Source: Schizosaccharomyces osmophilus (lineage: Eukaryota). From it: 64,000 nt of DNA. The number at the start of each line of letters is the position of its first letter. The stretch's first letter is position 1. Position numbers and translations under genes: made by a program. Positions 63,612 to 64,000 of this stretch are shown here, one piece after another. The stretch is from assembly GCF_027921745.1 (NCBI RefSeq), contig NC_079238.1, positions 806,001-870,000 of the forward strand, in the 5' to 3' direction. A model generated the notes under the pieces. The model was not told where the DNA came from, ran no database searches, and was given only the letters and a program-made list of their open reading frames with translations.

Positions 63612-64000
63612 AAGGTGGCGCTTCACCAATGGAATGTATAGCTTCTTCGTGGACAAGCCCACAGGTTTTGTATATTCGGTAACCGTTGCTTAGAATTTTG
63701 GTTATATTTTTCCCTTCACGTTCATTAGTCTTTGTGCTTTCGTTCGCCCTTTTGAAGTCTCCGGTAATATCTTAATTGAAAAGAAAGCTTTTCAATAGCG
63801 CTCATTTAATGTTGTACAGGGCCCAATGTAGTTACAAAGAGGCGTAGGAAGGCAGTTTACTATGTAATCCCTTTAATACACCTTTATTTTTAACGCTTTT
63901 TTTGTGGATACTGTCGATTTGCTAGTAGTGACTCATTCCTATGAAAGTACTGCTAAAGGTAACGACTACTTTTAGTATTCTTTATCATTCATAAAATTAC

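Noticed and set aside
1..64000. LTR/Tf retrotransposon, wtf driver, 5S rDNA or CRISPR
   Set aside because: No matching sequence, terminal repeats or arrays recognised by eye; degenerate solo LTRs cannot be excluded without a repeat search.

Overview
Gene-dense euchromatic segment of a fission-yeast (Schizosaccharomyces) nuclear chromosome, most likely from the S. octosporus/cryophilus/osmophilus clade (inferred from protein divergence; not verified). It is syntenic with the S. pombe chromosome I region SPAC17A5/SPAC105/cmk1/SPAC664 and holds about 29 protein genes: erp2-like p24, ulp2, ptr8, two poorly characterised genes, mde10, rpl3, dbr1, rec25, pex6, a fungal transcription factor, an ankyrin protein, kha1, cmk1, caf4, amt2, an orphan, sdh6, ssc1, klp2, ggt1, arp8, paf1, rps16, rpl13, rlp7, rad9, bfr2 and swi6. 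It also holds three tRNA genes and one intronic C/D snoRNA. Many genes are spliced, so the ORF track gives wrong starts; I rebuilt the gene models by hand. The most striking signal is intron RNA architecture. In swi6 intron 1 and ulp2 intron 3 the only frame-preserving 3' splice site lies 54-60 nt past the branch point, bridged by a hairpin, with a decoy YAG 5 nt after the branch A. Every intron of about 90 nt or more that I resolved contains either fold-back stems or a snoRNA. The arp8-bfr2 block appears inverted relative to S. pombe. No transposon, LTR, rDNA or CRISPR was recognised.
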